DNA from: Epiperipatus broadwayi
Taxonomy: Eukaryota > Animalia > Onychophora
NCBI GenBank assembly: GCA_028023455.1
Contig: JAQFVV010000001.1
Coordinates: forward strand, 2,666,001-2,730,000
Length of the DNA: 64,000 nucleotides
Reading direction: 5' to 3'
The position numbers and the translations under genes were made by a program. The stretch's first letter is position 1. Each line of letters opens with the position of its first letter. A model generated the notes under the pieces. That model worked only from the letters and a program-made list of their open reading frames with translations. It was not told the DNA's origin and did not search any database. Shown in pieces: positions 1 to 13,208 of the stretch.

Positions 1-467
1 TAGATAATAACAATAAACTAAAGATAACTTGCGATGACTATACAAACAAGCCCGTGAAATACAAATATGTCCACATATAGAACACATCTGTCTATTCTGT
101 TTGATATTTTGCAATGCTGCAGTAAATCGTTTTTTTTCTGAAAAACTTCAACATCATGTCAAATTTTTCTCTAGTACAGTGATTCTTAACTTTTTTGTTT
201 CGTGCGGCTCTCTTTCAAATTTAAAAAATTTCCAATGACCTTTACCATCGATATACAAAAAAATATTAAAACAAAATTGTATGAAGTCTATGCTGTATCA
301 TATAAATCTAATAAACTATCTTTGAAAAAATATGTGCAAATAATCACAAGAACTAAAAATTTAATAAAAATGACTGTAGTTACAACATTGTAAAAAAATT
401 TAAAAAAGGAAAAAAAAAATCAATATTAATAACATTATTAATAATACATTAAAATTAAATTTAGTGC

Positions 468-2200
468 CTATTTAGGCACAATAAATATAATCTTCAATTC
501 AATTTTTGTCATTACAGGTCTCATAGCATTTTCAATATTTGTAGGACAATTGTGCTGTTTAGTTTTTATGTTTACCATTACTGAAAACACAATTTTACAC
601 AAATAAGTATTAGCAAATGGCAAAAGAATTGCTATTACCAATTCAAACAATAATAGATATTCTGTTTTTATTATGAGCCAAAAAGAATTTATTGATTGTT
701 TACTAAACTCATTTTTAAATCTCAAATTCTTCTTGGGTATTTATAGAAAAAGTTCCTTTCTATTAAAAATGGATTTTGAACCCAAGTGAACAGTTTTATA
801 TTTAAATCAGATCAATAATATCTATAAAAAAAATTGTGTAAATATGACAAATGATCATTTATGCTTTTCTTAATCAAATTATTCATTTATGCTTTTCTTA
901 ATTAAATTATTATCCAAATTATTTTCATTAATAAAATTATTTGTACTTGAAACCATTTCGAATGTGCCATTCTCCACACTTGACTTTCATATGGTTATCT
1001 TTTTCCTAAATAAATGAATTTTACCATGCAAAATTAAAATGTTTGTATTTCCACCTTGAAGAGACATGTTTAGTTCGTTTAATTTATCAAATATATCAGA
1101 CAAATAACACATTTTACGAACTCAAGTTTTATTGTGAAAGAGATTAGAAAGATGATTTTTTTTTCTGATAAAAATATAATAATGTCATCTTTCAGCTATA
1201 CTAGTCATTTTAAAGCTCATTCCTTCAATAACCACCTAACTTCTGTAAGTAATAAGACTTGTTGATAATCTGCCTCCTTCAGTGCACAACATTTATAAAA
1301 TTGATAATCTTTATGGCATTGAGATTTGTAGATAGATTTTTAGCTACTAATGCTTCAAGATGGATTATACAAAGACTAATATCCATTTTCTCATTTTTAT
1401 AATTTAACTTTTGCTAAAAATTCTACATGCTGACCTTTCATCACTGCTACACTATCAGTACCTACATCAATACAGTTGTTCCAATTCAGTCCTTCTTCCT
1501 TGAAAAAATCATTTACTTTAAAAAAAATATCTTCACCTGTAGTATGACAGTTCATTGGCTGACAAAACAGTAAATATTCATGTATATTACCATCATAACA
1601 GTATCTAACATTCACTAAGAGTTGAGGCAAATTTATAATGTCTTTTAACTCATCCAGATGAATTGAAAATTTGGGGCTTTCTTTGAATGTCTGAATAAGT
1701 TGCTGAAATTAGTCATTGATAATTTCTGAAATTCTTTTAGTTATTGTAACATTAGAAAGAGCAATTTTCTTTAATTCATTTGCATACTTTTTTACATGTA
1801 TAATTCTTGTTGTTTGTTTTGCAATAGGTAAAACTAGTTCTTCCTTGATTGTATATGATTTTTTAGATTTTGATATTAAATATGATGCTTGGTGAGATGT
1901 CAGCATGTATTTTTTCTGAACAGTAAATTTTTTTTTAATAAACTTGTACATTGATTTAATAAATTTAATAGTCTTTGAAAATATTTTCTAGGCTTTCTTG
2001 AATAAGCAGCATGCTCGGTATTCAAATGTCTTTCTAATTTTGAAAGCTTCATACTTTCGGCCACTAAAGTTTTATTGCATAATAAGCATAAAGGTAGTTG
2101 CTTATTATAATTACTGGCAGAAAATTAAATCCGTATCATAAATACAATTCATTGTACATCCCCATTTTCTTATTAGATTGTGTTGATGTTGGACTCATTT
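468..2200 (-). pseudogene. Fragmented Buster/ZBED5/SCAND3-like hAT transposase
   Basis: Ordered minus-strand fragments: ASYLISKSKKSYTIKEELVLP..IALSNVTITKRI (1709-1951); VRYCYDGNIHEYLLFCQPMNCHTTGEDIF..CIDVGTDSVAVMKG (1397-1630); CYLSDIFDKLNELNMSLQGG (about 950-1110, my translation); dimerisation domain FWLIIKTEY..LLPFANTYLCKIVFS..IKTK (468-725). Many stops and frameshifts. Confidence 0.9.
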
Positions 2201-2523
2201 CTTTAGTTTTACTGCTTTTTGCTTCAGCAAAAATTCTGCATCTACACTGACATGGTTCCTCTTTAACCATGTACCCATGTTTAGGAATATTATTCTAAAA
2301 TAAGTACACACACACATTTTATAAAAATAATTATAAATTATAAACAAGTTCTTTATAATATTTTCATAAAAGTTGCATTTAGTTTAGGAAAATTTAGGAA
2401 AATGCGCTAAGCAGACTCTAACATATTTTTACATAATCCAACTTTTAAATGTCAATTTTGATTAGCAAATTTAATAAATATTGTTGGATATACATAAAAT
2501 GAAATGTAGAGAAATAATTTACT

Positions 2524-2624
<101 letters not shown>

Positions 2625-5148
2625 CCTGGTTGGTGAAGTGTCATTCACAAAAATCACTAGGCACTAGATAAAAACACAAAATGTATCTTTTAACAAACAC
2701 ATAAAAATCATACAAATAAGCTAAATTCAATATACTGATGCCATTCTATGAATGAGTTATATTTCAAAATAGGCTGAGCATGTTACCAAACTGATACTAT
2801 TGGGTAGGAACTGTTAGGAGCATCTAAATGCAGATTTTAGCCCCTAATAGTGTGCAATTGTCTGAATAGAATATTCCAAATAAAAAACTGACAAACTGAT
2901 TCATAATTTATACAAACTAGAAAGCTGTGATAACTATTAGAGGTATTATAATTATATATATCACTATTAAGAATTTGTATTAGGAAAACAAAATAACATG
3001 TATTAATATTTGTATTTATTTAATACAAGAAATAATTTTTTATTGAAATACATATGTATTTATTTTAATATTTGTGACTATTTTAAAATCAAGTACCTCA
3101 GATAACTATGATCATAACATGGATGCATATTTATAAATGGATGATTTAATAACAAACACACCAATTATTATTTGATTTTCATCTTCAGTTGGATTTTTAA
3201 TAACCTTTTTTGATTTTTAAGCTTATTTTAAGTAGAAAAGAAAGATTGTAGCTGTACATTTGTGTTGGTTGATGGCACATGACTTGCAAGGGGAAATTTT
3301 ATTTTAGGATTAGTATCTAATAATAAATTTTCTTTTTTCAAATACCCATAACAATGTTTCAAAACATTTACATGTTTCACTTGGAACATTGTTCTTAAAT
3401 TCTATAGCTTCTGTATTAATTTTTGTTTTCATTTCATTGTCTGTCAACTGTTTTATTTTACTACATAAAATAGTAATACGTGTAAGATTTTCACCAATCA
3501 CATAATTTATTTCTTATATTAATAAACACAAATATAAAACATGGCAACTGTTCTGCACATTTATCTCTTATAGTTATCACACCTTTCTAAATGTTGTTCG
3601 TATAATTATAAGTTGTCAATTTTTAAGTTTGAAAATTCCATTTTTAGAGAGATACATACACTTTATTAGGTGCTAAGAACAGCATTTACATGTTCCTGGA
3701 GACATTGGTGTGTAGAGTTTGAAGGCACTACTCCACAGGGTTGCTACAAGACAGGAGGCATGCTATTCAAAATTTGGACTTGTGGAAGTATTAGAAAAAA
3801 TAATTTTGACTTTACTGCAGCCTGTTCATATGTCCAAATGTTCATAAGTGGAATGGTATTTGTACAGTATGACTGTGTAGTTCAATAATTTGTTCAAAGC
3901 AAATGTCGAATGATTTTTGACTTATAGGAATACAAATTTTTATTCATAATAGGAAATTTATAATAAAAAAAGTTAGAAAGGGGCAATTTTCCAAATTTTT
4001 TTCATGAGCTCTCTGGTGGTTGGGATTCCAACTTTAAGAACCATTGGTTTTATTCTATCCTCAGCCATATTTTCCCAATGAAAACAATTAGCATTTCATT
4101 TTTTAGAAAATTTTTGAGATAGTCTTTATAATATAAATGACATTTGCCATTTCATAAAAATCAAGTTCAAATTTGCAATAAAATATTTTTTAGGAAATCT
4201 TGCATTACTTATTTTTTTCACTATAACTGATTTTATAATAATCATTCTAGACATACACATCTAATAATTGGAATAAGATATTGATGTGCCTTATGGTCTT
4301 ACTATTATATTTTATAATTTTAAGGAGCATCCTCAAATTAAATTTGTCTAATATTTTTATATTATGTCCAAGTATCTCATATTCATTTAATAAATTAGAT
4401 AAAGTAGCAGCCCTATATATAGCTAGTTTACTTGTAGTAAATCACTGTGTTGAAATATCCAGCTTTTAGCATGCTAAAAATAATCTATTGAAGTTTGTGT
4501 TGCATTTCTAATATTTAAGTGCATCTTTATATTAAGTATCACTGCATATCAATTCAAGGTTGCTGCAAGTTGAGGAAACCAGGCAATATGATACTACAAA
4601 CAAATGCTGACATTTGATCATCATCTACTGTACTTTTCCATCACTTGATATATTTTTGATATAATTTATTCTAGTTTTCGATATTTAGAGTTACAATTTA
4701 AGTTTAATACATATATTTGGACAAAGAGGCAAAGTAAAAAGAAAAACATTTAAAGAAACTGCTTACATGATAATGGCAAGTAATACTATAAATCAACATA
4801 ATGTGATAATTTGTAAGGTTTGGAAACTATTTACTAACCTTGCTCTTAAGAAAAAGAATAACTCTCATAGATAAATATGTAAAAAAATTTACTGACTGTT
4901 ATCTATGAAAGAATAGTCTTGTTGATTGTATGATCATCTTAAATTTAGTATCAACTAATCTAAAAGTCCTAGGCTTGATTCCCATAATAATACTGTCACT
5001 AATCAAGCCAGATCTATCTGAAAACAGAGACAACTACTACATGTAACATTGTGTTATATATTAACCAACAGTTTAATATAAATGAAGTTTAACAATTAAT
5101 TCTAGATAATGGAAATAATCCAATATGCAATTATAACTTTTTATGTTA

Positions 5149-5560
5149 TTAACATGCATTTTTGTCACATAAATGCCTGTATATATATGATGTAATGGTC
5201 TGGGTTTCCCACCAGGAGAGGGGAGCGCATTTTACTACAGTCAGACCTAGTGTCTTTGGGTAGGATGCTGTGAATGATGTGATAAAGGGCCTAACCAATG
5301 ATTGTATCCACCTCCAATGGGCTAGATCTAAGTCCACACCTTAAATTCAGACTCAATTTAGGCTAGTTCATCTGTATCTCATCCCTCTTTCAGATCCCAT
5401 TACACCTTAGTATTCAAAGCACTCTTCAGAGGTGAATTTACTTTATGCAGCAACTATCACACCTCTATATAGGTTGTCTTTGACTTAAAATGTATCCAAC
5501 CCTATTGCTGTGTTAATATATAATGATAATATAGGTGTGTAGACAATTAAGTTAATGAGT
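5149..5560 (-). mobile_element. Highly decayed CR1/L2/Jockey-like LINE reverse-transcriptase C-terminal fragment
   Basis: Minus-strand EECFEY*GV resembles the KYLGV motif. It is followed by WIQSLVRPFITSF, which resembles LYKSLVRPILEY. Weak, by-eye similarity only. Confidence 0.35.
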
Positions 5561-7284
5561 GACTGTATGAGAGATTTGGTAAACTAAGACCAATTTGATT
5601 TAAAATACATTAGCAACTTTTATTTATAACAGATAAAAAATTCAAACTCCATTAACTTAGTAAAAGATGTTATCATATGTGTCCAATATGCATCTCTTCC
5701 ATATCAATGATTAATGTGAAACAAATAACATAAACTCAGTCCTGTACTAGTGCATGTGATTAATATGGAATAATATCAAAAATTCTTACCTCATTCCATA
5801 TTATATGATGATGATGATCACAATGTCAAGTCACTATGGAGGTAATCATCCTAAACTTTATAAAAAAAATAATTTGTCTAGTTTAATAAACCTTCCCCTT
5901 GCAGTATGTTGCTTCTTCTTGCAATGGACTCTTCTGACTGCAGACATGCTGAAACTTCCAAGTGTGAGAGTAAAATAATGATAGAATTTTACAAACTTAC
6001 AAGGCAAAACAAAATAACATATAATACCTCTGATTTTGTTCAAATTCTCCTGATTGAAGTTTGTGATTTTATTATTAATGTCTCTCATGGATACGGTTTA
6101 TTTATTACCTTGCCAGTCTTCTCTGATAAATCCTCCCTAATGCACTTGAAATGATTTTTTATATTTTGGTTGTTGTTCTCTTCCTGGATCCACTCAGACA
6201 CTTCAGATGAGGCATTTGGCTTTTTTTTTTTGTAGGCATTAGATGTACAAGTTAATTAAATCATCACACATTATGGCAATTTTGGCAGTACCCTGGCCCT
6301 ATGGCACATTTATCTAGCCAGAACACATTGTCGAATATAAGATTTAAATGTTCTTCAGCTTATTATTTAGTGTTTAGTAAATTTATACAAAGGAAAATTT
6401 TACTCCATCGTTTATACGTATGTGCTGGCAATATAATGTTCCCTTTCCTTCTTGTTCTATTGATAGTGCAGTCTTTTACCTTTGATTATTAGTATAAAAT
6501 TATTTTAGTTCTTTTGTTACACTGCTAAAGTTCATCAACTTTTGTCATTTTAAATGTTGATTATGGTTTCTTTCAACTTTTAGCGCTATAAAATTTTATA
6601 CAAATAAGATGGTATTTTTGAACACATCGACCATTTTATCCTGCATTCTAATGTTTAATCTTAAGATATTTACTGCTTGCAGTTATTATATCTTCTGATA
6701 AAATATGAAAGATATCAGAAAAGATCTGGATTTGTTTTTATACTGGGCCTAATTTCCGTTGTTTAGCGAAATCGCATTTTTATTTTCCTTTTCCATTGCT
6801 GTATATGCCTATTATTGTGCAAATTAATGGTTGTTATTGAAATAATGTAATAAAATTATGTATTAAAATTACGTAGTAACAATTCTACTTTCATTTTCTA
6901 ACACTTGGTTGCTTAGGCATTGACTTGAGATCAGGTCATCACCATGTCTACTAAGTTAATGTCTTACATCGTGACGTTTACACATTTTTGAATGACTTAT
7001 TATTGGTATAAATATGTGATATGTCTTTTTAATTAGGTTTTTTTTACTTTTCATTGAAAAAGATTATTTGTTTCATTTTAACATTATCTCGAGTTAGTAA
7101 CTATTAAGACAAACTTTTAGTGTGTGTATGTCTATATGTCTGTTTGCATGAAAAAATTGATAATACGTATGTAACCTATTATCCCAATTTATGTTTTTCA
7201 TGGGTTTAGTTTAATGTTGTGGATATATATATAAGGGTTAGGTTGACGTGGATTGTAAGCTACCCTTACTATATATATATATAT

Positions 7285-9493
7285 TGTAACGGAATAGCGT
7301 TACATAGGGTTTGAACCTAGGAAAGTTAAGTATATATTAATGACAAAGTCGGTAGATGTAAACACACACACACTCAAGCAATGTAAAATACTCTATTTTA
7401 TTTTTTACAACTTATGATAAAAAAAGAAGATATAGTTTTCTTTCCATACTTTCTAAAATACACTTGTAAAATAAAATATTAATATGTCTAATTAAATAGT
7501 TTAAGGCTTTAACGTAATTTACTAAAATAATATTCTCTAAAAATGAAAAATAATATGCCATTATAAATATCAATAAATAATTTATACTTGTATATGCCGC
7601 GGGGGGTAATTAAAAAGGGATATTTTAAATTATAAATTGTAGTAAAAGTAAAAGCTTATAGAAATGATTTTGAGAAAGATTAAATGCTCGACTTTTAGCT
7701 AATGTAAAATACATTGTTCTCGTAAGACACGCACACACGTATGCATTCAAGGTGTGAATGAATATAAGTTTGTTAACTGAGATTGCAATATGAGATTGTC
7801 TAAACATAAGATTGCCTTAAGCACATGGATTGAGTAGGACACGGACCCCAACGACAACTCTAAGAACATGGAACTCTGGGGGGAGATTCGATCCTCAGAT
7901 AAGATCCAACCCATATAAATATCAAGCAAAAAATGTTAAAAAGGGAGGACAGAGATATAAAATATAAAATGTTATGTTAAGAGAAGCTAAGTCAAATTAT
8001 CAAATTTTGTTCAACTTTCTCAAAATTCAATTTAATTCGAATTACTTCGTTTGTGCTATCCGTTTTCAAGATGATCGATATGAAATTAATATGTAGAGCG
8101 TCGACTGTCATGAGGGGCTAGGAAACCCTTCAGTGATTGATCGACGCTCCGCCACCAGAACATCTCCGTCGCTATGAATACTTAACAACATTACCATCTG
8201 AAATTAGTGCTCCAACCATTCCAATAATGTTCCGTGAAATACATGAATCGTCCAGACTTATTATGCTCAACTTTAATAAAAGAAATGAATAACCTCATTA
8301 TGGAAAACATCATCTCCCATGTTCAAACCTTCACTTAATTAGAAGCAGCGGAAGACTAAGCCAAAATCCTAGGTAAACACTTTATTTTTTTTATGCTTTC
8401 ATTCATTCCATACGTAAACTTTTAAAAAGGCAATCTCATAATTAACTAACTTTGATTTTCGTAAATTAAACTATAAAATGTTCCGTAATTAATTATATTT
8501 AAGACTTATTATTGTAACTTATTATTGTAATCTCAACCTTCGTAAATTCAAACACTATGCAATCCCTCCAATTTAAACTCAGGACTTTCAAATATGAACT
8601 TTGACCCTAATTATTATTTCAGAAGTTATAACACTTACCTTCAAAATATAAAAAAGAAATTTATAGTCTATCATCCATATTTTATGATATATAATATGTT
8701 CTTTTCTGTGCGAGTGCGTAAATGCGTGTGTGTGCGTGTAAATAAAACTTTTAATCAATGTTGTTTTTTTTTATATTCAATAAATTTGTTCAGTATTTAA
8801 ACAAGTCGAGCATTTCTCAAATCATTTCCTATAATTAAATCTTTATTTTATTTTTTCGTTTTGATTATTAATAAAGTTAGCATTTATTCATATAATTAAT
8901 TATATTACTTTAGATTTATCTTTCTTAAACTTTGTTGCTTTTTAAAATGTCACTTACAAACATCGTGCCGTAAGTCACGATGTTTATTTATTTATTCCGT
9001 AGCTAAGATAGATTTAAGATTTGGGAGGGCCTATTATAATTCTACCGGACGGTATGATATAGGGGGGACGATCTTATAAGCTTCTAATTGTTTTGAGACA
9101 TAAACAAATAATCGTATTGATTCCAAATAACCAATGACCTGGTCCAATGCTTGGGTCGATCAGTTAGTTAATCAAGCGTCTTCTCCATTGGTTATCAGAG
9201 CGTCTTTTACCATAATAGTAATTTTGAAACAATTACAGTGCGACCCTGAGTGTCCCTATTGGTCCATGCTGGGAGTTCGAGCTTGTGGGCGGGATTAGAC
9301 TTCGAAATCGTTTTGACATGACGTAAGGTGATGCGAGAAGTTAAAGTATAATTAAATCATCGTATCTGGCGCCCCCTTGTATTGATAGTGAATATTTATC
9401 GATAGAAGAAAATAAATAAAGCTTTACGCTATGTCATGTTTGTTTCGGAATCACAATCCCTACGTGATCGGATGACCAAGCGTCCCGGTTACA
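7285..9493. mobile_element. Solo LTR (about 2.2 kb), probably Ty3/Gypsy, inserted in (TA)n
   Basis: Begins TGTAACG and ends GGTTACA (TG..CA with terminal inverted repeat). ATAT on both sides within a TA tract. No long ORF and no adjacent PBS/PPT. CpG-retaining, with several CCAAT/ATTGG boxes at 9130-9265. Orientation unresolved. Confidence 0.8.
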
Positions 9494-9513
9494 ATATATA
9501 TATACACAAGCAA

Positions 9514-10142
9514 ATAAAAATGTCAAATCACCCTTGCAAACATTAAGATATTCAGCCATACCCTCAATGAATAAATATATAATCTGAATTTCATGCAACA
9601 TGATCCAAGAGGTTGCATCTTGGTTATGCATACTGCAGTGATATTATATATAAAAACACTGACTAATTCAAACCAAGTGCATGAAATTTTAATTAGCAAC
9701 TATCTTAAATTGCTCATAAACATGTATACCAAGTAAACTTTGCCAATCACCCAACATAAAACATGTTAGAAAAAATCCAAGTGCATACCATTAGCTGAAA
9801 ATTCAAATATAAAAATGCCAAATCTCCTTATATATTTCCAAAGTTTAAAATGACTAAAATTTTAATCTTATTTTGTATACATAAATTAAACATGTTTGTT
9901 TATAAGCAATTTAAGAATATTGATGATTAAGATTTTCTAGCTCTTTGTTTAAATTAGTCTGTGTTTCAATATATACTATTATTGCAGCATATATATTCAA
10001 GAGATAATCTCTTGGATCATGCTGTTTGAAATTCAGACTTTATATTTATTCCTTGAAGGTATAGCTGAATATCTGAATGCTGGGAGGTGGGTGATTTGGC
10101 ATTTTTATATTTGAATTTTCAGCTAGTATATACATTTGGATA
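9514..10142. repeat. Fold-back/MITE-like element with about 210-bp imperfect inverted arms
   Basis: 9514-9725 (aaatgtcaaatcaccc..gatattcagccatacc..catgatccaagag..cttaaattgctcataaac) is the reverse complement of about 9888-10108. An extra partial copy at about 9775-9830 is inverted to 10095-10142. Confidence 0.8.
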
Positions 10143-10506
10143 ACGCAAATACAATTTTAAACCAGAATGCAGTTTATTTAAAATCATCAATCAGGCATTT
10201 GACTCTTTTATGTCATAATTATGACTAATATTAAAATAATACTGGCTAATGTATAGGAGAATATTTATAAAAACTCCAAAACTGCTTTAATTGGATCCCA
10301 TTGGAGAGTTAGTTAAGGGTGTTTTTAGCATTTACTATAAAGTATTCTTTCTTTATTCTTTCTGTTTTACTTACTATATGTACAATAAAAAGGTTATTAA
10401 CTAGTCTTGCTTTTATAGTATTAAAAAACCTGAGAAACATTTTGGGTCAATTTATGTTTTGCAATATATTGGTTGACAACCCAACCTACTACCTTTCATC
10501 ATACAA

Positions 10507-10678
10507 TGAATCAGCCAGAGAGATGTTTAAGATTTATATTTACTAAAATAAAAAATTCATTAATTTTCACTGATTCTCAAAATTTATGATATGGTTTGTA
10601 TTTGTAGGAATGAATTAATTTTTTTACTATAAGAAACAATTACAAGTGCCTTCTTTATATATGAATTTTTCATTTACA
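10507..10678 (+). repeat. About 172-bp direct repeat, copy 1 (copy 2 at 12540-12712)
   Basis: tgaatcagccagagagatgt..gaatttttcatttaca recurs 2033 bp downstream at roughly 90% identity by eye. Confidence 0.95.
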
Positions 10679-11006
10679 ACAAAATGAATTATAAAAATAT
10701 ACATTATGTTCATTAAAATACAATTAATTACTATATTTTTTACTATAATAGGATTCTGTTATCATATCAAAAATGTTTACTTCTAAAATCGCAGTTCACA
10801 GCAAAAAAATAAAGGTTTTATTTTATATAAAAAAGAAAGTCACATAATACATGAAATACACTAAATTTATAAAATGTACACAGGCTGGTTATTTTTGTTT
10901 GTTATTTTACTTGCTATATTTAACTTAAGGAAATGTAATTCAATGGAATAATTTACTAAGACAATAAAGCCAATTACTCAAGGCTTTAATAGGTTTATGA
11001 ATGTAG

Positions 11007-11393
11007 ATGATAACAATCAATCCTTAAGCTATCAACAATATCAAACTATAGTCAAAGAAAACTTTTAACAAAAAAGGACATACCACCTTAATCTGTGGTC
11101 TTATATAGACACTAAAGATTGCAACTTGAACCAAGGAGTGTGAGATTAATAGTGCAGAGAAGTTTTTAAAAAACCTCATTATTCTGGAAGTTATAATTGA
11201 CTATTTAAGTGATATTTGCCTGATTAATGATGTTTGTTAAACTTGTTTGCATTATTAACCTCACTTCTTGGTCAATCTGCAATCTTTGGGGATCTACATA
11301 AATATATATTAAACATAGATAAAGGTGGTATCACCTTTATTGTTAAAGGAGGTTGTTGAAATTGTTGATAGCTTAAGCGTAGATTGTTATCAT
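11007..11393. repeat. MITE-like fold-back with about 150-bp imperfect inverted arms and about 90-bp spacer
   Basis: atgataacaatcaatccttaagctatcaacaat..aaagattgcaacttgaaccaaggagtgtgagattaatagtgca (11007-11156) pairs with 11248-11393. Confidence 0.8.
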
Positions 11394-11611
11394 TCAATGG
11401 AGTATCAACTTCATTTTAAGTTCTATGAATACTGCATTTAATAAAACATTTAAAATTAACAAAAAATGTACATGTTCAAAATTCATTGACTAAGACAGTT
11501 ACTATTTGCTTCACTTAAATAATTTAAATGTTACTATCATATCAATAGAATAAAATGAATCATATAGGATGTGATAACTCTGATTATTAAAAACAACTTA
11601 TGTATAGTGAA

Positions 11612-11683
11612 GCATTGTTGGCCTAGTGGTTAGCTTAGCTGCCTTTCAAGCAGATGGGCCAGGCTTGCTTCCCAGTCAACGCT
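11612..11683 (+). pseudogene. tRNA-Gly(UCC)-derived retropseudogene with 15-bp target-site duplication
   Basis: 72 nt, colinear without gaps with the metazoan tRNA-Gly(TCC) sequence as I recall it (about 56/72 matches). Anticodon is mutated to TTC and the B-box is decayed. Flanked by perfect AAAAACAACTTATGT at 11589-11603 and 11697-11711. Confidence 0.85.
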
Positions 11684-12539
11684 TTGACATATGAAAAAAA
11701 ACAACTTATGTCTACACTTGGATTTATATTTTGATAAACCCTTTAACTGCCTTTTTAAAAAATTTGTTACAGTAGAGACCTCTGCAAATCTTTAATACAA
11801 GATTTATTTAAAAGACAAGAGTGGCCTTAATATATATTACTTTAAGTAACGAGTATGCACTTTATAAATATAATAATTAACATATATTATGTACCTTTTC
11901 AGAAATAAGAAAAAAAACCTAACATTTTTTATATTTAAGCTATTATTTTATATTCATTTTGTATTATTTATACTGTAAAAAGTTGCCTTTCTCTTTGTGA
12001 TTATATATATCTAGTTCCTTAATAAAGTAATTTATTAGTGTATATGAGTAAGTAAATAAATAAATACATTTTGCAGCTTATTTATATACACAGGAATATA
12101 TACTTTCACAAAGAAAAAAAATTAAAAATATTATAGATAATTATAAAAAGTAATAAATCTTTTTACAACATTAACGCTAAAAAAAGCTTATGTGTATATA
12201 TAAAATATAGGTAATTAAGATAATATTATGAAATTGCATATTTCTAGTCTCAAATTACATATAAAACAATCATGCATTTTTGTTTGTAAAATATTATATA
12301 TTAAATATTTAGTTTTTTTAAAAACCATGATCTGAAGTAATGCTATTCATTGAAATTAACTTATTTTATTTAAATTTGGTTTTGGAATTATGCAAACATT
12401 AAAATTTTTGTTTTATAATATTTCCTTCTATTGTCTAATATTAAAATATAATGAGCAACAGTTATCTGATAATGAAAAAATAAATCATATCAAAACACTG
12501 AGTCAAGCAGTAAGAAGATTATTTCATTTCGTTACACAG

Positions 12540-12712
12540 TGAATCAGCCAGAGAGATGTTTAAGATTTACATTTAGTAAAAAAAAAAATTCATTAAATTT
12601 TCACTGATTCTCAAAATTTATGATATGGTTTATATCTGTAGGAATGAATTAATATTTTTACTATAAGAAACAATTACAAGTGCTTTCTTTATATATGAAT
12701 TTTTCATTTACA
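12540..12712 (+). repeat. About 172-bp direct repeat, copy 2
   Basis: Matches 10507-10678. Confidence 0.95.
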
Positions 12713-13208
12713 TTGTGTTTGGAAATCACATTACTCTCACAACCTGGGGATAATAGTCAAATAGATTAAACATTAATTTTAGTATTCAACAAAATTGATG
12801 AAAATTAAAAATGGCTGCATAACTCAAGATTAATCTATATATTTAGATATACAGCAGAATATAAGTACTTAATTTTAATCTTTCTGTGAATATTTCTGAA
12901 GAATATTTATGGCACATCCAGCTACAAAGTCTGCTATTAATGGTTAGAATCCATTTCAACTTTAGCAGTAAAAATTTTAATTAAAAATAATTTTTGTTAA
13001 TTATAGTTATAACTATAATAAATAGATGTTATGGGATACCGGGAATAGAAAATTTCAAAGGAAAAAATGTATTTTTAACTGATTAAAAGAATTATGCTTT
13101 AGTTACATTGAACGGTGTTGAAAGAATGCTAGCACATATGCATTACATTGGGTTTTTTTTGTTTATAATGTAAACACAAAATAATAATTTTATATATAAT
13201 CTATTTAT

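Noticed and set aside
3180-3900. Second hAT transposase as a separate feature
   Set aside because: The two motif-like hits are on opposite strands and very weak; I cannot support a call.
5858-6400. Possible LINE ORF1 zinc knuckle (PGYCQNCH on minus)
   Set aside because: A single CxxC with no supporting spacing; may be chance.
10507-12712. TRIM/short LTR element
   Set aside because: No TSD, PBS or PPT despite TG..CA-like ends.
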